This document shows positions 36,247-45,939 of a DNA stretch of 64,000 nt, piece after piece. The stretch comes from a virus. The translations under genes and the position numbers were made by a program. The first letter of the stretch is position 1. Each line of letters begins with the position of its first letter. A model generated the notes under the pieces. That model made no database searches and was not told where the DNA came from. It saw nothing but the letters and a program-made list of their open reading frames with translations. Where the stretch lies: positions 32,001 to 96,000 of the IMG/VR virus record IMGVR_UViG_3300027859_000006, one strand, 5' to 3'.

Positions 36247-36674
36247 TAGTAGTCCTTGTAAATTTTAAGTAATTCTTTTTTAGGATCATCGTGCTCAGAG
36301 TATTCGTCAGGTACACCGTTTTCTAGGAAATATCTAATGCGTTTCGCTGCTCCTTTTGGAGTATTATCTACATCTTTCCATTCGTAGCCAAACATCCACT
36401 CTTGAGACCGGTAATCAATACCAAAATAGTTCTCTATGAAAATATCCCACATAGGAATCATATTAGTCTCTTCGATACTTAGTCCTAGAGCTTGAGGAGC
36501 ATGACCGATAGCACACGCGGCGTAACCACAGGCTTTAATATCTACATCCTCTATTTCATCAGGGCAAAGTGTTCCGTTCTCTGAAGCTACCCAGTCTTCC
36601 ATATCAAAGCGCTTGTAGTCTTCTGGCAAGCCGTCTAGAAATTTTGCTAGTTTTAAAAGGTTTTCTTTGTTCAT
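36246..36674 (-). CDS. hypothetical protein (FDM..W, CG.AACAIGH)
   Basis: first gene after the early promoter at 36680-36732. Confidence 0.7.
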   Translation of the reverse strand: MNKENLLKLAKFLDGLPEDYKRFDMEDWVASENGTLCPDEIEDVDIKACGYAACAIGHAPQALGLSIEETNMIPMWDIFIENYFGIDYRSQEWMFGYEWKDVDNTPKGAAKRIRYFLENGVPDEYSEHDDPKKELLKIYKDY

Positions 36675-36747
36675 TTATTATTCCTCAATCATTCAATACA
36701 AGTATTATACGTTAAAATAAGCTATTTATCAAGTGATTTAACGAGAC

Positions 36748-36769
36748 AAAAAGGAGGCCGAAGCCTCCT
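36748..36769 (-). terminator. rho-independent terminator
   Basis: GGAGGC-TTCG-GCCTCC + T-run; identical copy at 46869-46892. Confidence 0.85.
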
Positions 36770-37230
36770 TACTGTAATTTATATACTATAACGTTGTGGT
36801 CGATAAAAATTTCCTCTAATAGAGTAATAACTATTTCCCACTTACCACCAGCTCTATCACTACCCATTAAATATGGTACAGCAATAGTAGAGCCTTTTGG
36901 AGCGTACCTTGAAGCTTCTAACATGGCCTCTACTAGAGCCATGTAACTTAACTGCCTACCGAAGTTATCGTTCATTAAGCTAGATTTTCCACCAAAGTAG
37001 TCTTGACCGTATAAGTTTAAAACTCTACCGTCTGTAGACATACTTCCTAGTATCTTATCGTTAGCATTGTAGTGTACAGTATCCGCTTCGTATGCACTGG
37101 GAATCCTTTCCCTGATTTCCTTAGCAATGCCGGAGCCAAAGTTGTTTCGACAATTGCAGCAGTGCATTAAAAACTCTACTTCACCCTCTAGTAACGCTGA
37201 AACTGCATTTCCTAGTTTAAAATCAATCAT
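36769..37230 (-). CDS. macrodomain (ADP-ribose-binding/hydrolase) protein
   Basis: HCCNC..NFGSGIAK.I, NLYGQ, P.MGSDRAGG.W. Confidence 0.85.
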   Translation of the reverse strand: MIDFKLGNAVSALLEGEVEFLMHCCNCRNNFGSGIAKEIRERIPSAYEADTVHYNANDKILGSMSTDGRVLNLYGQDYFGGKSSLMNDNFGRQLSYMALVEAMLEASRYAPKGSTIAVPYLMGSDRAGGKWEIVITLLEEIFIDHNVIVYKLQ

Positions 37231-38762
37231 AGCATCGCCCTCATACGCACGTCATTCCACGACGTTTTGCGAACCATTTTACCATTCTTAAAGATAACTT
37301 CTAAGTCACCACCATCATCGTTAGGTTGCTGGTCGTACAGCTCACCATCAATAACTTTTAGGTAGCCCTTAGCTGATTTCTTAGTACCATTATCAGTTTT
37401 AGGGTCTTTGAACAGTTCTACATGCTCACCACCACGAGTACCTGCCGTAGCCTTAAACGCAATTCCTAGAGTGTCTCTAGTATTGTACTGGTATGTGTAA
37501 GAACCGATACCGAATACAACGTTGCATGATGCAAAACCTTTAGCAGCTAGTCGAGCCATAATAGCTTCACAACGGTGAAGTGTGATTGAGTCACCATAAA
37601 TAAGACCTACTGAGCTATTAAGAATTTTGAAGCCTTCTTCGGTTTCGTCACCTCCAAAGATATCATACAAAACTTCAACCGCTCCTTTAATCTCATGCTC
37701 CGCTAGCTCTTTACCAGTTTTACGGCAGTAGTAAACACCTCCAGATTCACGATACTCACTAGGCTTATAACCAGTAAGAATCTTGACAGGGTCTCCACTA
37801 TCTGGACGGAACACTGTACGTCCTGGCACTAGTACGTTACCGTCTTCATCTACAATGTCTTCTCTGCTTTCGATAAGTTCTTTAAGCAGAACTGTGTAAG
37901 AAGTAAGAACTTTCCAGAAGTCCCAAGTGTCTGACACGATACTAACAATACCAGCAGGGTATAATTTAAGCAAGCGCTCAAACGTATCTATTTCTTTATC
38001 TTTAGAGCCCATACACATTACAGAGTGTTCTGTAGCTGGTACTGTAACACCTGTCATTGGGTCTGCATTGTGGAAGTATTTTAGCGCTTGTTTCACTGGC
38101 AATGTATCTGTACCGTTGAAATACACCATGTGACCCATTGCTCCAAATACTGCGTCTTCTACAAAAGATAGTCCACGCATTGAGAAGTCATGGCACTGTA
38201 GCTCTGTAGAGATATCAGAGCAACCTGTACGAGCTGCGTATTCATCTACTAGAATACGGAATTCACGTGCAATTGTAGCATTAGTAATAGGCTTCCAAGT
38301 AACCGCTGATAGCAGAGTTTCTAGGTAATTAGTAACCCAGAAAAACTCAGGTAATGTGTCTTTAATAGTTAAGAACGGCACTTTAATTTTAGCAACAGTA
38401 CCTTCCGGCAAGGCCTTGATGATAATTGGCAAGTAGCCTAGGTCATGTAGAGCGTATACGTGATCTAGAGTAATAGCACCTGGTCCTAGAGCATCTTCTA
38501 CAACTTCTTTATACTGAGGACATACATCGTCTCGGTCTTGCTTGAAGAAGTTTTCATCGAATAGCTCTTTAATAAAATATAATACTGTTGCTTCCATACC
38601 TACGGCAACGTATTTACCATCGTGCTTAGGCCATGTTTGTTGGAATATTTTATTGCTTCGAGGAGTACCATTAGAATATACAACTTCTGTATCTTCAGGG
38701 TACTGGCTTCTGTGGTCTAGTTTATAACCATCAGTAATTAGTAAAGGGTTTAATTTAAACAT
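37227..38762 (-). CDS. nicotinamide phosphoribosyltransferase-family protein (Namat/NadV-like)
   Basis: TDGYK..H, HDFSMRG, PATEHS, SIVSDTWD, RPDSGDP, IYGDSIT, KKSAKG. Confidence 0.92.
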   Translation of the reverse strand: MFKLNPLLITDGYKLDHRSQYPEDTEVVYSNGTPRSNKIFQQTWPKHDGKYVAVGMEATVLYFIKELFDENFFKQDRDDVCPQYKEVVEDALGPGAITLDHVYALHDLGYLPIIIKALPEGTVAKIKVPFLTIKDTLPEFFWVTNYLETLLSAVTWKPITNATIAREFRILVDEYAARTGCSDISTELQCHDFSMRGLSFVEDAVFGAMGHMVYFNGTDTLPVKQALKYFHNADPMTGVTVPATEHSVMCMGSKDKEIDTFERLLKLYPAGIVSIVSDTWDFWKVLTSYTVLLKELIESREDIVDEDGNVLVPGRTVFRPDSGDPVKILTGYKPSEYRESGGVYYCRKTGKELAEHEIKGAVEVLYDIFGGDETEEGFKILNSSVGLIYGDSITLHRCEAIMARLAAKGFASCNVVFGIGSYTYQYNTRDTLGIAFKATAGTRGGEHVELFKDPKTDNGTKKSAKGYLKVIDGELYDQQPNDDGGDLEVIFKNGKMVRKTSWNDVRMRAML

Positions 38763-39519
38763 GCGATTTTACCTTGTTTTCTGCAAATATTTCGTCGTAG
38801 TGCTCTGTTAGCACTTCAACGCCTTTTGAAAAGATACCGTGAGATACATGAAGAATCTTTTTCTTAACTTCTGGTAGAACTTTAGCTAACTCAATGAAAG
38901 TACGTCCACCGTCACAAATGTCGTCTATTACCAGTACCACATCATCTTTAGTGAGTTTATCAATATCAGATACTTTGTAGTCTGTAATCTCCCCCGACTC
39001 GTTGCGAACTTTAGTACCGTATAAGATTTTAAGCTCGCACTTTAACTTATTAGGTAGAAGCTTGTAATACTTGTCCTTAGCTCCTTTATCAGGGAATACT
39101 AACGCTGTAGCTTTGTGGTGCGATACTAACTCTTCAACATCTTGATGGACGTTGTCGTAGTAACCACTGTGTGTATCAGAATGTACATCGAAAGTCACTA
39201 TGTTATTATAGCTGTTTTTGAGTAACTTAATAATAAGCGCTTTCCCGCCAGATTCCCCTTTGGAGCATACTCTATCCTGTCTAGAGTACGGCAAGTATGG
39301 TATTGACAATATCAGCGTAACGTTATGATTGGCTCGTCTTAAAGCATCGCTAAGCATTAGCAATTGCATAATAGTTTCTGAGCTATAATCCTCAGTTACA
39401 GATACCGTTAGCTGGTCTGGTAGGTTTTTAGGTATAACCCGAACACCTACTTCACCTGCGGGAAACTTCCAAAAATCAACAGGTACTTGGTGACCTAATG
39501 CATTACTTACTACAATCAT
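38755..39519 (-). CDS. ribose-phosphate pyrophosphokinase-like protein (Adps-like)
   Basis: FPAGE, PYLPYSRQDR, DVHS, PDKGA, IDDICDGGRTF, HGIFS. Confidence 0.9.
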   Translation of the reverse strand: MIVVSNALGHQVPVDFWKFPAGEVGVRVIPKNLPDQLTVSVTEDYSSETIMQLLMLSDALRRANHNVTLILSIPYLPYSRQDRVCSKGESGGKALIIKLLKNSYNNIVTFDVHSDTHSGYYDNVHQDVEELVSHHKATALVFPDKGAKDKYYKLLPNKLKCELKILYGTKVRNESGEITDYKVSDIDKLTKDDVVLVIDDICDGGRTFIELAKVLPEVKKKILHVSHGIFSKGVEVLTEHYDEIFAENKVKSHV

Positions 39520-39722
39520 TTACCGCTCCTCTCTAGGTGCTAAATAGCGGGGCATTCCCCACACGTTTACAAGGTGTTCGTATTCCCCATCTTTCCAAAG
39601 TGACACAAGCTCTTTTATATCATCTTCTTGGTCATCTTCACAGAGCCAGCGGAAAAAGTTAACTTCTCTAAATGTATTCGTATTCATTTGTTCTCCTTAA
39701 TTTATGTATATATTATACGAAA

Positions 39723-39959
39723 TTAAGAGCGTTTTGGCAAGTCGTTTTCTTCTTTCATTTCTCGGTAAAAGTGTAAATTTTGCAGCGTAACTGCTTTAGC
39801 TATTAACTCTAGCCTTTCTCGCTTCATTATTTCTATAGAGTATCTAGCAAGGTCTATGTTTTGCCTAGTTAGAGTAATCTCTTCTAACATAGCTTCTATT
39901 TCTTGAATAGCAAGATTGCGACTTTCTATCTCGTTAGCTAAGTTTTCTAATGTACTCAT
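39723..39959 (-). CDS. hypothetical protein
   Basis: coiled-coil ORF in operon. Confidence 0.5.
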   Translation of the reverse strand: MSTLENLANEIESRNLAIQEIEAMLEEITLTRQNIDLARYSIEIMKRERLELIAKAVTLQNLHFYREMKEENDLPKRS

Positions 39960-40296
39960 AAAGTTTTTCTCTAGTCAGTACTTCACCAATGGCTTTTTCA
40001 AAATAAGTAATCCAGCCTCTAGTGTTAGGGTACTTTCCAAATTCGTAGTGAGCCTGGAAGTCTTTAAAACTCACCTCATTTTCGTACTCTCTACTAGGGC
40101 GAAATGAAATTGTTTCGAATTGCTGTTGGCACGCTCTAAGTGCCTCTGATTTAGTGATTCTAGTATTGAACTTTTTAGCTACATATCTGTAGTCTATATC
40201 GCTCTCTACTATATATTCTTCAATAAAGGCGGGAGTAAATGTCCCATCCTTGTTTTGAAACTCTTCTTTTAAATGCTGAAAAATATCTAAAGACAT
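39934..40296 (-). CDS. hypothetical protein
   Basis: GGAGG SD, operon context. Confidence 0.6.
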   Translation of the reverse strand: MSLDIFQHLKEEFQNKDGTFTPAFIEEYIVESDIDYRYVAKKFNTRITKSEALRACQQQFETISFRPSREYENEVSFKDFQAHYEFGKYPNTRGWITYFEKAIGEVLTREKLYEYIRKLS

Positions 40297-40739
40297 TAAT
40301 CGAATCCTCCACAACTAAGGCTGGATGAATCGCTAGAAGAATATCCGGTATCGCTGCTAGAAGTGTCAGTGCTGGAAGAGTACCCGCTGTTTACACTAGG
40401 TCTTATAAGGATATCACTCTCAAATGAGGATATTTCAGCTGGCTCTCTAATAGGTTCACGTTCTAGCCATTCGTCAGCTATATTCTCTGACGGGTTTCGT
40501 ACTACAGGGGAGTCAGCGACTTCATTTGCAAAAGTATCCATTACTGTACTAGCCTTCCATCCAAAATATTCTTTAGCAAAATACGGGTCTGGGAACTGGT
40601 CTAGAATACTTGCTAAGAATACCCATTCAAGTAGCGAAGAATCCCAAACTTCTAGTTGTCTATTAGTGCTTTGGCGTCTGCGTGATTTAGTGTAGCGGTT
40701 TTTAATTAGTCGTTTAGTTCTAGTTTTCTTAAAAAACAT
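40296..40739 (-). CDS. hypothetical protein with Ser-rich tail
   Basis: SSSTDTSSSDTGYSSSDSSS..GGFD low-complexity C-terminus. Confidence 0.6.
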   Translation of the reverse strand: MFFKKTRTKRLIKNRYTKSRRRQSTNRQLEVWDSSLLEWVFLASILDQFPDPYFAKEYFGWKASTVMDTFANEVADSPVVRNPSENIADEWLEREPIREPAEISSFESDILIRPSVNSGYSSSTDTSSSDTGYSSSDSSSLSCGGFD

Positions 40740-40942
40740 TAAGGATATCTCCATTTAATTTTATTGCTTGGGATAAAGAACACTTCGTCTTTACTGTCCC
40801 TGAATTCAATGTTGCCACTTCTGGACGAAGCCCATACTTTTCGTGTTGCCACCGTCCAGGCATCGTTGTGCCATACCTCTAGCTTTATATCAACGGGTGG
40901 CAGGTTCTGATTGTAATGCGTGTTTAAGTTGACGGATTTCAC
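40739..40942 (-). CDS. hypothetical protein
   Basis: coupled in operon. Confidence 0.5.
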   Translation of the reverse strand: MKSVNLNTHYNQNLPPVDIKLEVWHNDAWTVATRKVWASSRSGNIEFRDSKDEVFFIPSNKIKWRYP

Positions 40943-41114
40943 GTTCTTGTTCCCTAACCCTATCTTCGATGTGGTTATAGTTTTTAGCGTTTTGTAAGTA
41001 ACCAGAGTACATTTTATTAAGCGTACTCTCGTCTAGTTTCATTAAGTCCTTAATCATAACTCGATCTAGGCTCAATAGGATTACCATAGTATGCGCTACT
41101 TCTTGTTTAGTCAT
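40890..41114 (-). CDS. hypothetical protein
   Basis: MTKQEVA... helical; operon context. Confidence 0.5.
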   Translation of the reverse strand: MTKQEVAHTMVILLSLDRVMIKDLMKLDESTLNKMYSGYLQNAKNYNHIEDRVREQEREIRQLKHALQSEPATR

Positions 41115-41331
41115 GTTCTTTTTGTCCTTCGTCGGTAACACTTTCAAATAGGGTTTCTTTAAAGATAACAATAAATGCTATTGTGGCGACTGTTACTGTT
41201 ATTAGGGCGTAAAGCACGCCGATGAAATTGGATAACACTACAACGGATGTAGCGTAAATAGCCACTGTAATAACGTACAGTATTAAACTGTATAACGCTA
41301 CTGCGGCGTCTCGTAATATGATGTTAAGCAA
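41107..41331 (-). CDS. membrane protein
   Basis: two TM segments. Confidence 0.5.
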   Translation of the reverse strand: MLNIILRDAAVALYSLILYVITVAIYATSVVVLSNFIGVLYALITVTVATIAFIVIFKETLFESVTDEGQKEHD

Positions 41332-41648
41332 TTTAATAAATCTCTTAATCCCGAAATCGGGGCTTTCTCAAAACCTTTCACTGTAGGATAGGCTTTTTCG
41401 AGTTGTTTTACATAGTCTTTTTTAAATCGACTAGTAACGGGGCTAACTGATTGTTTAGTTTGAGGATTTAATAATTTTTTCAATTCTGAGTTTGGAATAG
41501 TACCAATGTCAAGGGTCTTTGCTCCGAATTTGGTCGCGATTGCAGTTAAAATTTCTTGCTTACTAGCCTTGTTCTGCAAGGCTCTGCGATTCTTTCCCCA
41601 AGTTTCTATCAAAGTAATAAAGCTCCTGCAAAGAATGAAAGCATACAT
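41298..41648 (-). CDS. hypothetical protein, related to C-terminal domain of 61417
   Basis: SKQEI...PVTSRFKKDY..K..I..L pattern; start uncertain. Confidence 0.55.
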   Translation of the reverse strand: MYAFILCRSFITLIETWGKNRRALQNKASKQEILTAIATKFGAKTLDIGTIPNSELKKLLNPQTKQSVSPVTSRFKKDYVKQLEKAYPTVKGFEKAPISGLRDLLNCLTSYYETPQ

Positions 41649-42055
41649 AGTAAAATAAAGGACATTATATTGTGCTTAGACCTATTAGCATTAGATTCCA
41701 CCTCTTCTACAAAACGTATAAACCCTGCCTCGTTTTCATAATAGGGCTTTAATTTGTTAAATGGTACTAATTCAGTTATTCTCATGTAGCTGTATCTATG
41801 ATGGTCTAGAAGGACTACTGGCATATTAGCCTGCTCTGACCTGAGATGCTCTCTAAGTTTTGTAGCTTCAGCATTTAGGTATGATACTTCTTGGCAGAGA
41901 CTATCTCTTTCATCATTTAATTTCTTTTTAGTAGTTTCCTGAACCTCTACAAGCCTTTCGGTCTCCGCTTCTATATTTTTAAGTTGCAGATATTTATTAG
42001 CATTGGTTTCTAGCGCTTCGTACTCATCTAAGGGTAATGTTATTGTTTTACTCAT
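41609..42055 (-). CDS. coiled-coil protein with C-terminal TM helix
   Basis: MSKTITLPLDEY...; hydrophobic C-terminus. Confidence 0.6.
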   Translation of the reverse strand: MSKTITLPLDEYEALETNANKYLQLKNIEAETERLVEVQETTKKKLNDERDSLCQEVSYLNAEATKLREHLRSEQANMPVVLLDHHRYSYMRITELVPFNKLKPYYENEAGFIRFVEEVESNANRSKHNIMSFILLCMLSFFAGALLL

Positions 42056-42228
42056 CACCCATCTCACACTGTACTTCGTCTAGGATTTCTTCTACTTCAA
42101 ATGCTAGAGTGTCAGCAGAAAGGTTTTCTTTCTCGACCCACTCAAACATTAGTTTTCTTATTTCGCCATAATAGTCCATACGTACTCCTGATACAAAAAG
42201 AGCCGAGCGAAAAACGCTCGGCTTTTAA

Positions 42229-42684
42229 TCAATTTAACAGCCCCGTAAATATACCATTACTATTAATGGTTAATACTTCGTTTCTGTTGTTGCCCTCGAC
42301 ATAAGAACAGTGAACCCATCCAGACCTTACCCCTTTAGCAGGGTCATAGAATTCTAGGATTAACTGGTCAAATTCGAGATTATCTCTTATCCAAGCAGCA
42401 ACTTCATAGTTACCTGCTCTAAGAGCCTCGCCATCAATGGCCTGACCTAAAATATGTTGGCTAGTATCTTCCGATCTAAGCGCTCTATTAAGTTCTAGGC
42501 TTCTGTAAGCTGAATTTATTACCACCGGCCCGAACTGGTCTCTAACAGGCTGCCACACGTTATCTACCAAGGATTTTAAATTTGATATGATAACGTGGTT
42601 ATCCGTGGTATTATCAATACCTAGCCTGTCAGCGGTTGCCGATTTAAACATTTCAGCTAAAGTAAAGTTTTTACTTAGTTTCAT
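42229..42684 (-). CDS. endolysin, peptidase M15 family
   Basis: INSAYRS..LN, SQH..GQAID, FDQLILE, WVHCS. Confidence 0.88.
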   Translation of the reverse strand: MKLSKNFTLAEMFKSATADRLGIDNTTDNHVIISNLKSLVDNVWQPVRDQFGPVVINSAYRSLELNRALRSEDTSQHILGQAIDGEALRAGNYEVAAWIRDNLEFDQLILEFYDPAKGVRSGWVHCSYVEGNNRNEVLTINSNGIFTGLLN

Positions 42685-42809
42685 AAACCTGTTATTAATT
42701 TGATTGCGAATAGTAAAGATTCTGGGCTTACCCCAAGTAGTAGTAAAACTACCACCCCTACTACCATAGCCAATATCTTAGCGACCTTTATCCACAATCG
42801 TTTTGTCAC
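42681..42809 (-). CDS. 42-aa membrane protein (holin candidate)
   Basis: GGAGG SD + GTG; MTKRLWIKVAKILAMVVGVVVLLLLG...; overlaps endolysin start; not in ORF track. Confidence 0.55.
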   Translation of the reverse strand: MTKRLWIKVAKILAMVVGVVVLLLLGVSPESLLFAIKLITGL

Positions 42810-42869
42810 AATACCTCCTTATGGTTAGCTTTCTGGAGTGAAGCTTACCCTGAGTTTCGTGACTGAGCT

Positions 42870-43739
42870 TTAAATTGTTTCTCGCTCTTTTTGGAATTTG
42901 TCCATGATTTCATTTGGAATCGCAACGGCTGCTGTGATTTCTGAAATGAATTTTTCAACCATATCAGAGTCACGTGTAATAGCTACCATCGCGTCTTGAA
43001 GCATAGCTTCTGAAATGTATCGTAGACGTGGGTCGTCTTTACCAAAGTGTTGCGCTAGACCTACTGCTGCGTTAGCTACTGCTAGTTTAGCTAAACCGTT
43101 ATTTTTCGCATCTTTTTTCTTAGCGAAAAGGCGAGCGTACCAAGGCAATGACGCATACATTTTACTCTGGATGAAATCGTTAGCTGTTTTACCGGCTGTA
43201 AGTTGAGCCGCCATAACTGCTGCGTCTTTGTTTGTGTTTACTACTTTATCGAAAAGGCTTTTCATTTTATTTGATTCCTGTTGTTTTTGTTTGCTTACTG
43301 TTTTAACCGCTGCTGCTTGTGCTGCTTTTGCCATAGGCACTGGTATTTTGTCGAGTTCTTTTAAGTCTATTTCACCATGACTAGCCCAATAAGGTAGTAT
43401 AATATACTCTGTTAGTTCTTTACATCCGGTACTTTCGTACCAGCTAAGGAACTCTTCTATTTGGTATACTATATCCTGCTTATCTATAGTATTAACTACC
43501 AGCTCTACTTTAGAAGTCTTGCCGAACTCGTCAACTTCCATAACTAAAAATACGCAGTCTTTTGACTTAGCCCAAGTTAAAGCTCGCTTTACCCAAGGGC
43601 TTTGACCTCTGCGTGAGTAGTACCCTTGAGCATTGGACAGAGCTAACATATTTTGTCCTAGGCTTTTATCTAGATCGTATTGGTATTTAACACGAATACT
43701 AGCACATGCTTTATTGAAAGTATTTACAGAATTATTCAC
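42870..43739 (-). CDS. hypothetical protein
   Basis: 289 aa, follows early promoter at 43760-43810. Confidence 0.7.
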   Translation of the reverse strand: MNNSVNTFNKACASIRVKYQYDLDKSLGQNMLALSNAQGYYSRRGQSPWVKRALTWAKSKDCVFLVMEVDEFGKTSKVELVVNTIDKQDIVYQIEEFLSWYESTGCKELTEYIILPYWASHGEIDLKELDKIPVPMAKAAQAAAVKTVSKQKQQESNKMKSLFDKVVNTNKDAAVMAAQLTAGKTANDFIQSKMYASLPWYARLFAKKKDAKNNGLAKLAVANAAVGLAQHFGKDDPRLRYISEAMLQDAMVAITRDSDMVEKFISEITAAVAIPNEIMDKFQKERETI

Positions 43740-43771
43740 ATCGAAATTTTCCTTTTGGTCATTTCATTAAT

Positions 43772-44299
43772 TTATGTGTATATTATACGTAAATTTGGCT
43801 GTTTTAGCAAGCAATTTTTTTTAGTTTTATTGTGTAATTTCTTAGGAAATAAGTCAGCCGCAGTTGAAGCAGCCCATGCCTCTGGCTTTAGAATAGGAGA
43901 CACCCCACAAACACCAAGAATATACCCAGCAGCGGCCTTCGCCGCACAATTTGAACCGTACTGCTCTTCAGACGCAATGTCTAAATGTACTTCGATAGGG
44001 TAGTCAATCCCTTCCTCTACCAGAGCATTTTCCAGTTCTAGATAAATGTTAGCTAAGGCTTGTACCTCAGTCATCATTCTATGTTGTGGTTTTCCTAGGT
44101 TTTTATCGTAAACGCGCTCTCTGGTAGTTTCCCCTACCACTTGGCAGCCTTTGCTGCCTGCTAGGTGGATAACTGCAACAACAGTTATCTTAGCCCAAGC
44201 GATACCTTTAGTATCTACGAATCTAACGCTGTCCGCTCCTAGATATAATCTACTGTTACTAGGGGCTTCTTTTAATTTATGAATTGTCTCCCGAATCAT
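43772..44299 (-). CDS. RNase H-like YkuK-family protein
   Basis: LYLGADS, RMMTEV, EVHLDI, KPEAWAASTAAD. Confidence 0.8.
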   Translation of the reverse strand: MIRETIHKLKEAPSNSRLYLGADSVRFVDTKGIAWAKITVVAVIHLAGSKGCQVVGETTRERVYDKNLGKPQHRMMTEVQALANIYLELENALVEEGIDYPIEVHLDIASEEQYGSNCAAKAAAGYILGVCGVSPILKPEAWAASTAADLFPKKLHNKTKKNCLLKQPNLRIIYT

Positions 44300-44939
44300 C
44301 GGTATTCTCCAAGTTTTTGATTATTTTCTTAGCATTCTCTATAGTTTCTTGCTGTTTAACCTTTTCAAATGCCTGTACTTTTTCTGTTTTTGCCTTTACT
44401 AGTCTCTCAATCCGTTCACGCATCTCATCAGAGTTAAACCAGTAGTCTTTACCATTAAACATAAGCTCTAGCTCGTCTTCTGTTAAAAAATCTGAGTAGT
44501 AATGTCTGTTTAACTGTGCTATCCACTTATCTGTAGCCTCTATCTGAGATTTGACCTTATGCCCTTCTCCATAGAATCCAGCTGAGTATTGATGGAACAA
44601 GCTTAACGTATTGTCTTCTATACACCATCCATCACATGCTAGGAATACTATAGTAGCTGCGGAATCACATGCAGATTCTATAATGCCTATTACAGTTCCT
44701 TTACAATTTTCTATAGCATTAACTATTTGTACTGCGGTATATACTTGGCCGCCTGGACTGTTAATATGGATATGTATTTCGTCTGCTTCACTTGCAGACC
44801 TTAACGTGTTTAGTAAATCTGTATAGTCCGAAGCGTCCCCTATACTTCCCATTAAGTTGTAATGGTATACTGTGTTAGAAGTACCCTCGTTTCCAATTGA
44901 TACTGCGAATTTAGATAGTGATGGTGTATGGTAAGACAT
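44277..44939 (-). CDS. ClpP-like protease
   Basis: HINSPGG, CDSAAT, FHQ, DYWF. Confidence 0.85.
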   Translation of the reverse strand: MSYHTPSLSKFAVSIGNEGTSNTVYHYNLMGSIGDASDYTDLLNTLRSASEADEIHIHINSPGGQVYTAVQIVNAIENCKGTVIGIIESACDSAATIVFLACDGWCIEDNTLSLFHQYSAGFYGEGHKVKSQIEATDKWIAQLNRHYYSDFLTEDELELMFNGKDYWFNSDEMRERIERLVKAKTEKVQAFEKVKQQETIENAKKIIKNLENTDDSGDNS

Positions 44940-44949
44940 ATTATCCTTG

Positions 44950-45204
44950 TTATATAAGTACTAGTTTTATAAGTTTAGTTACCCAGTACTCTGTCTTTGG
45001 TATAGACTCTTCTTTATGACTAGAACCTCGGTGCAATGCACTAGAAAGTTCTTCTTTGGTGAATAATGCGTAGTGATGATCTTTAATATCATTAACATAC
45101 GCAGGGTACAGGGCAGTGCCCTGTACATCTATCTGCTCTGAAAGTCTTATTTCCGAAGATATGTACTTAGGTGGTTTTTTCTTTCTGCGTAAGAATTTTA
45201 GCAC
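44950..45204 (-). CDS. hypothetical protein
   Basis: operon context. Confidence 0.5.
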   Translation of the reverse strand: MLKFLRRKKKPPKYISSEIRLSEQIDVQGTALYPAYVNDIKDHHYALFTKEELSSALHRGSSHKEESIPKTEYWVTKLIKLVLI

Positions 45205-45565
45205 ACCTTGAGTCCTCCTTTGGTCTGTAGGTACAGAACTTAATATTCATTTCTCTCAAGTAACGAATTAAGTCCTCAGTACAGGCCGCCATTTTTAAAT
45301 TATCTTCAAAAGAAAGAGCCACGAAGGGCTCTTTATCAACTACCATTATTTTCCACTCGACGTCGCACGTTTCATACGGTGCTGGCCAAGCGGGATGGTA
45401 TACAGCAGTTTCTACTTGCTCAGGGGTTGAAATGGTACAACCAGTTAGAGTTAAAGCAGTAACTGCAACTAAGGTAATATCTAGCACTGCGTCAGTAATG
45501 TCCCCTATATAGTCTAGGAAGTACGAAAAGACTGTGCTTAGAAAGTTTTCTATTGCTGCTGACAT
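45167..45565 (-). CDS. o-spanin (lipoprotein); start uncertain
   Basis: lipobox LTLTGC, Pro-rich HPAWPAP, follows i-spanin. Confidence 0.75.
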   Translation of the reverse strand: MSAAIENFLSTVFSYFLDYIGDITDAVLDITLVAVTALTLTGCTISTPEQVETAVYHPAWPAPYETCDVEWKIMVVDKEPFVALSFEDNLKMAACTEDLIRYLREMNIKFCTYRPKEDSRCAKILTQKEKTT

Positions 45566-45921
45566 AAGTTAGTATCTCCTGTAATACAACCTAATTCGCG
45601 CTGGGTCTCATTGAAGGCTTTATTTAGCTTTATTTCTACGAGACCTGGCTTTGCCGCCACAACACTTTCCCTACCTGATAGTTCTGATAGCTTTCGCTTG
45701 TTGGAATTTGTCTCTTTAGTTAGTTCTAGCACAGTTGACTCTGTTAATACTTGCAGAGTTTGTACGTCCTTGATAGACTTTTCTAACCTATCAACACTTG
45801 CTTGTTTAGTTACTAACTGTTGCTTTGTTACGGCGTGTTCTTGAATCTCTTTATAAAAAAGAAAGCCCCCTACCGCTAATAAAAGCATAAGAGCTATTAT
45901 AATTTGTGTTCTGAATGACAT
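45550..45921 (-). CDS. i-spanin
   Basis: N-terminal TM, coiled coil, KPGLVE, C-terminal Cys pair. Confidence 0.8.
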   Translation of the reverse strand: MSFRTQIIIALMLLLAVGGFLFYKEIQEHAVTKQQLVTKQASVDRLEKSIKDVQTLQVLTESTVLELTKETNSNKRKLSELSGRESVVAAKPGLVEIKLNKAFNETQRELGCITGDTNLCQQQ

Positions 45922-45939
45922 AGTATAATAAAACCTCTT

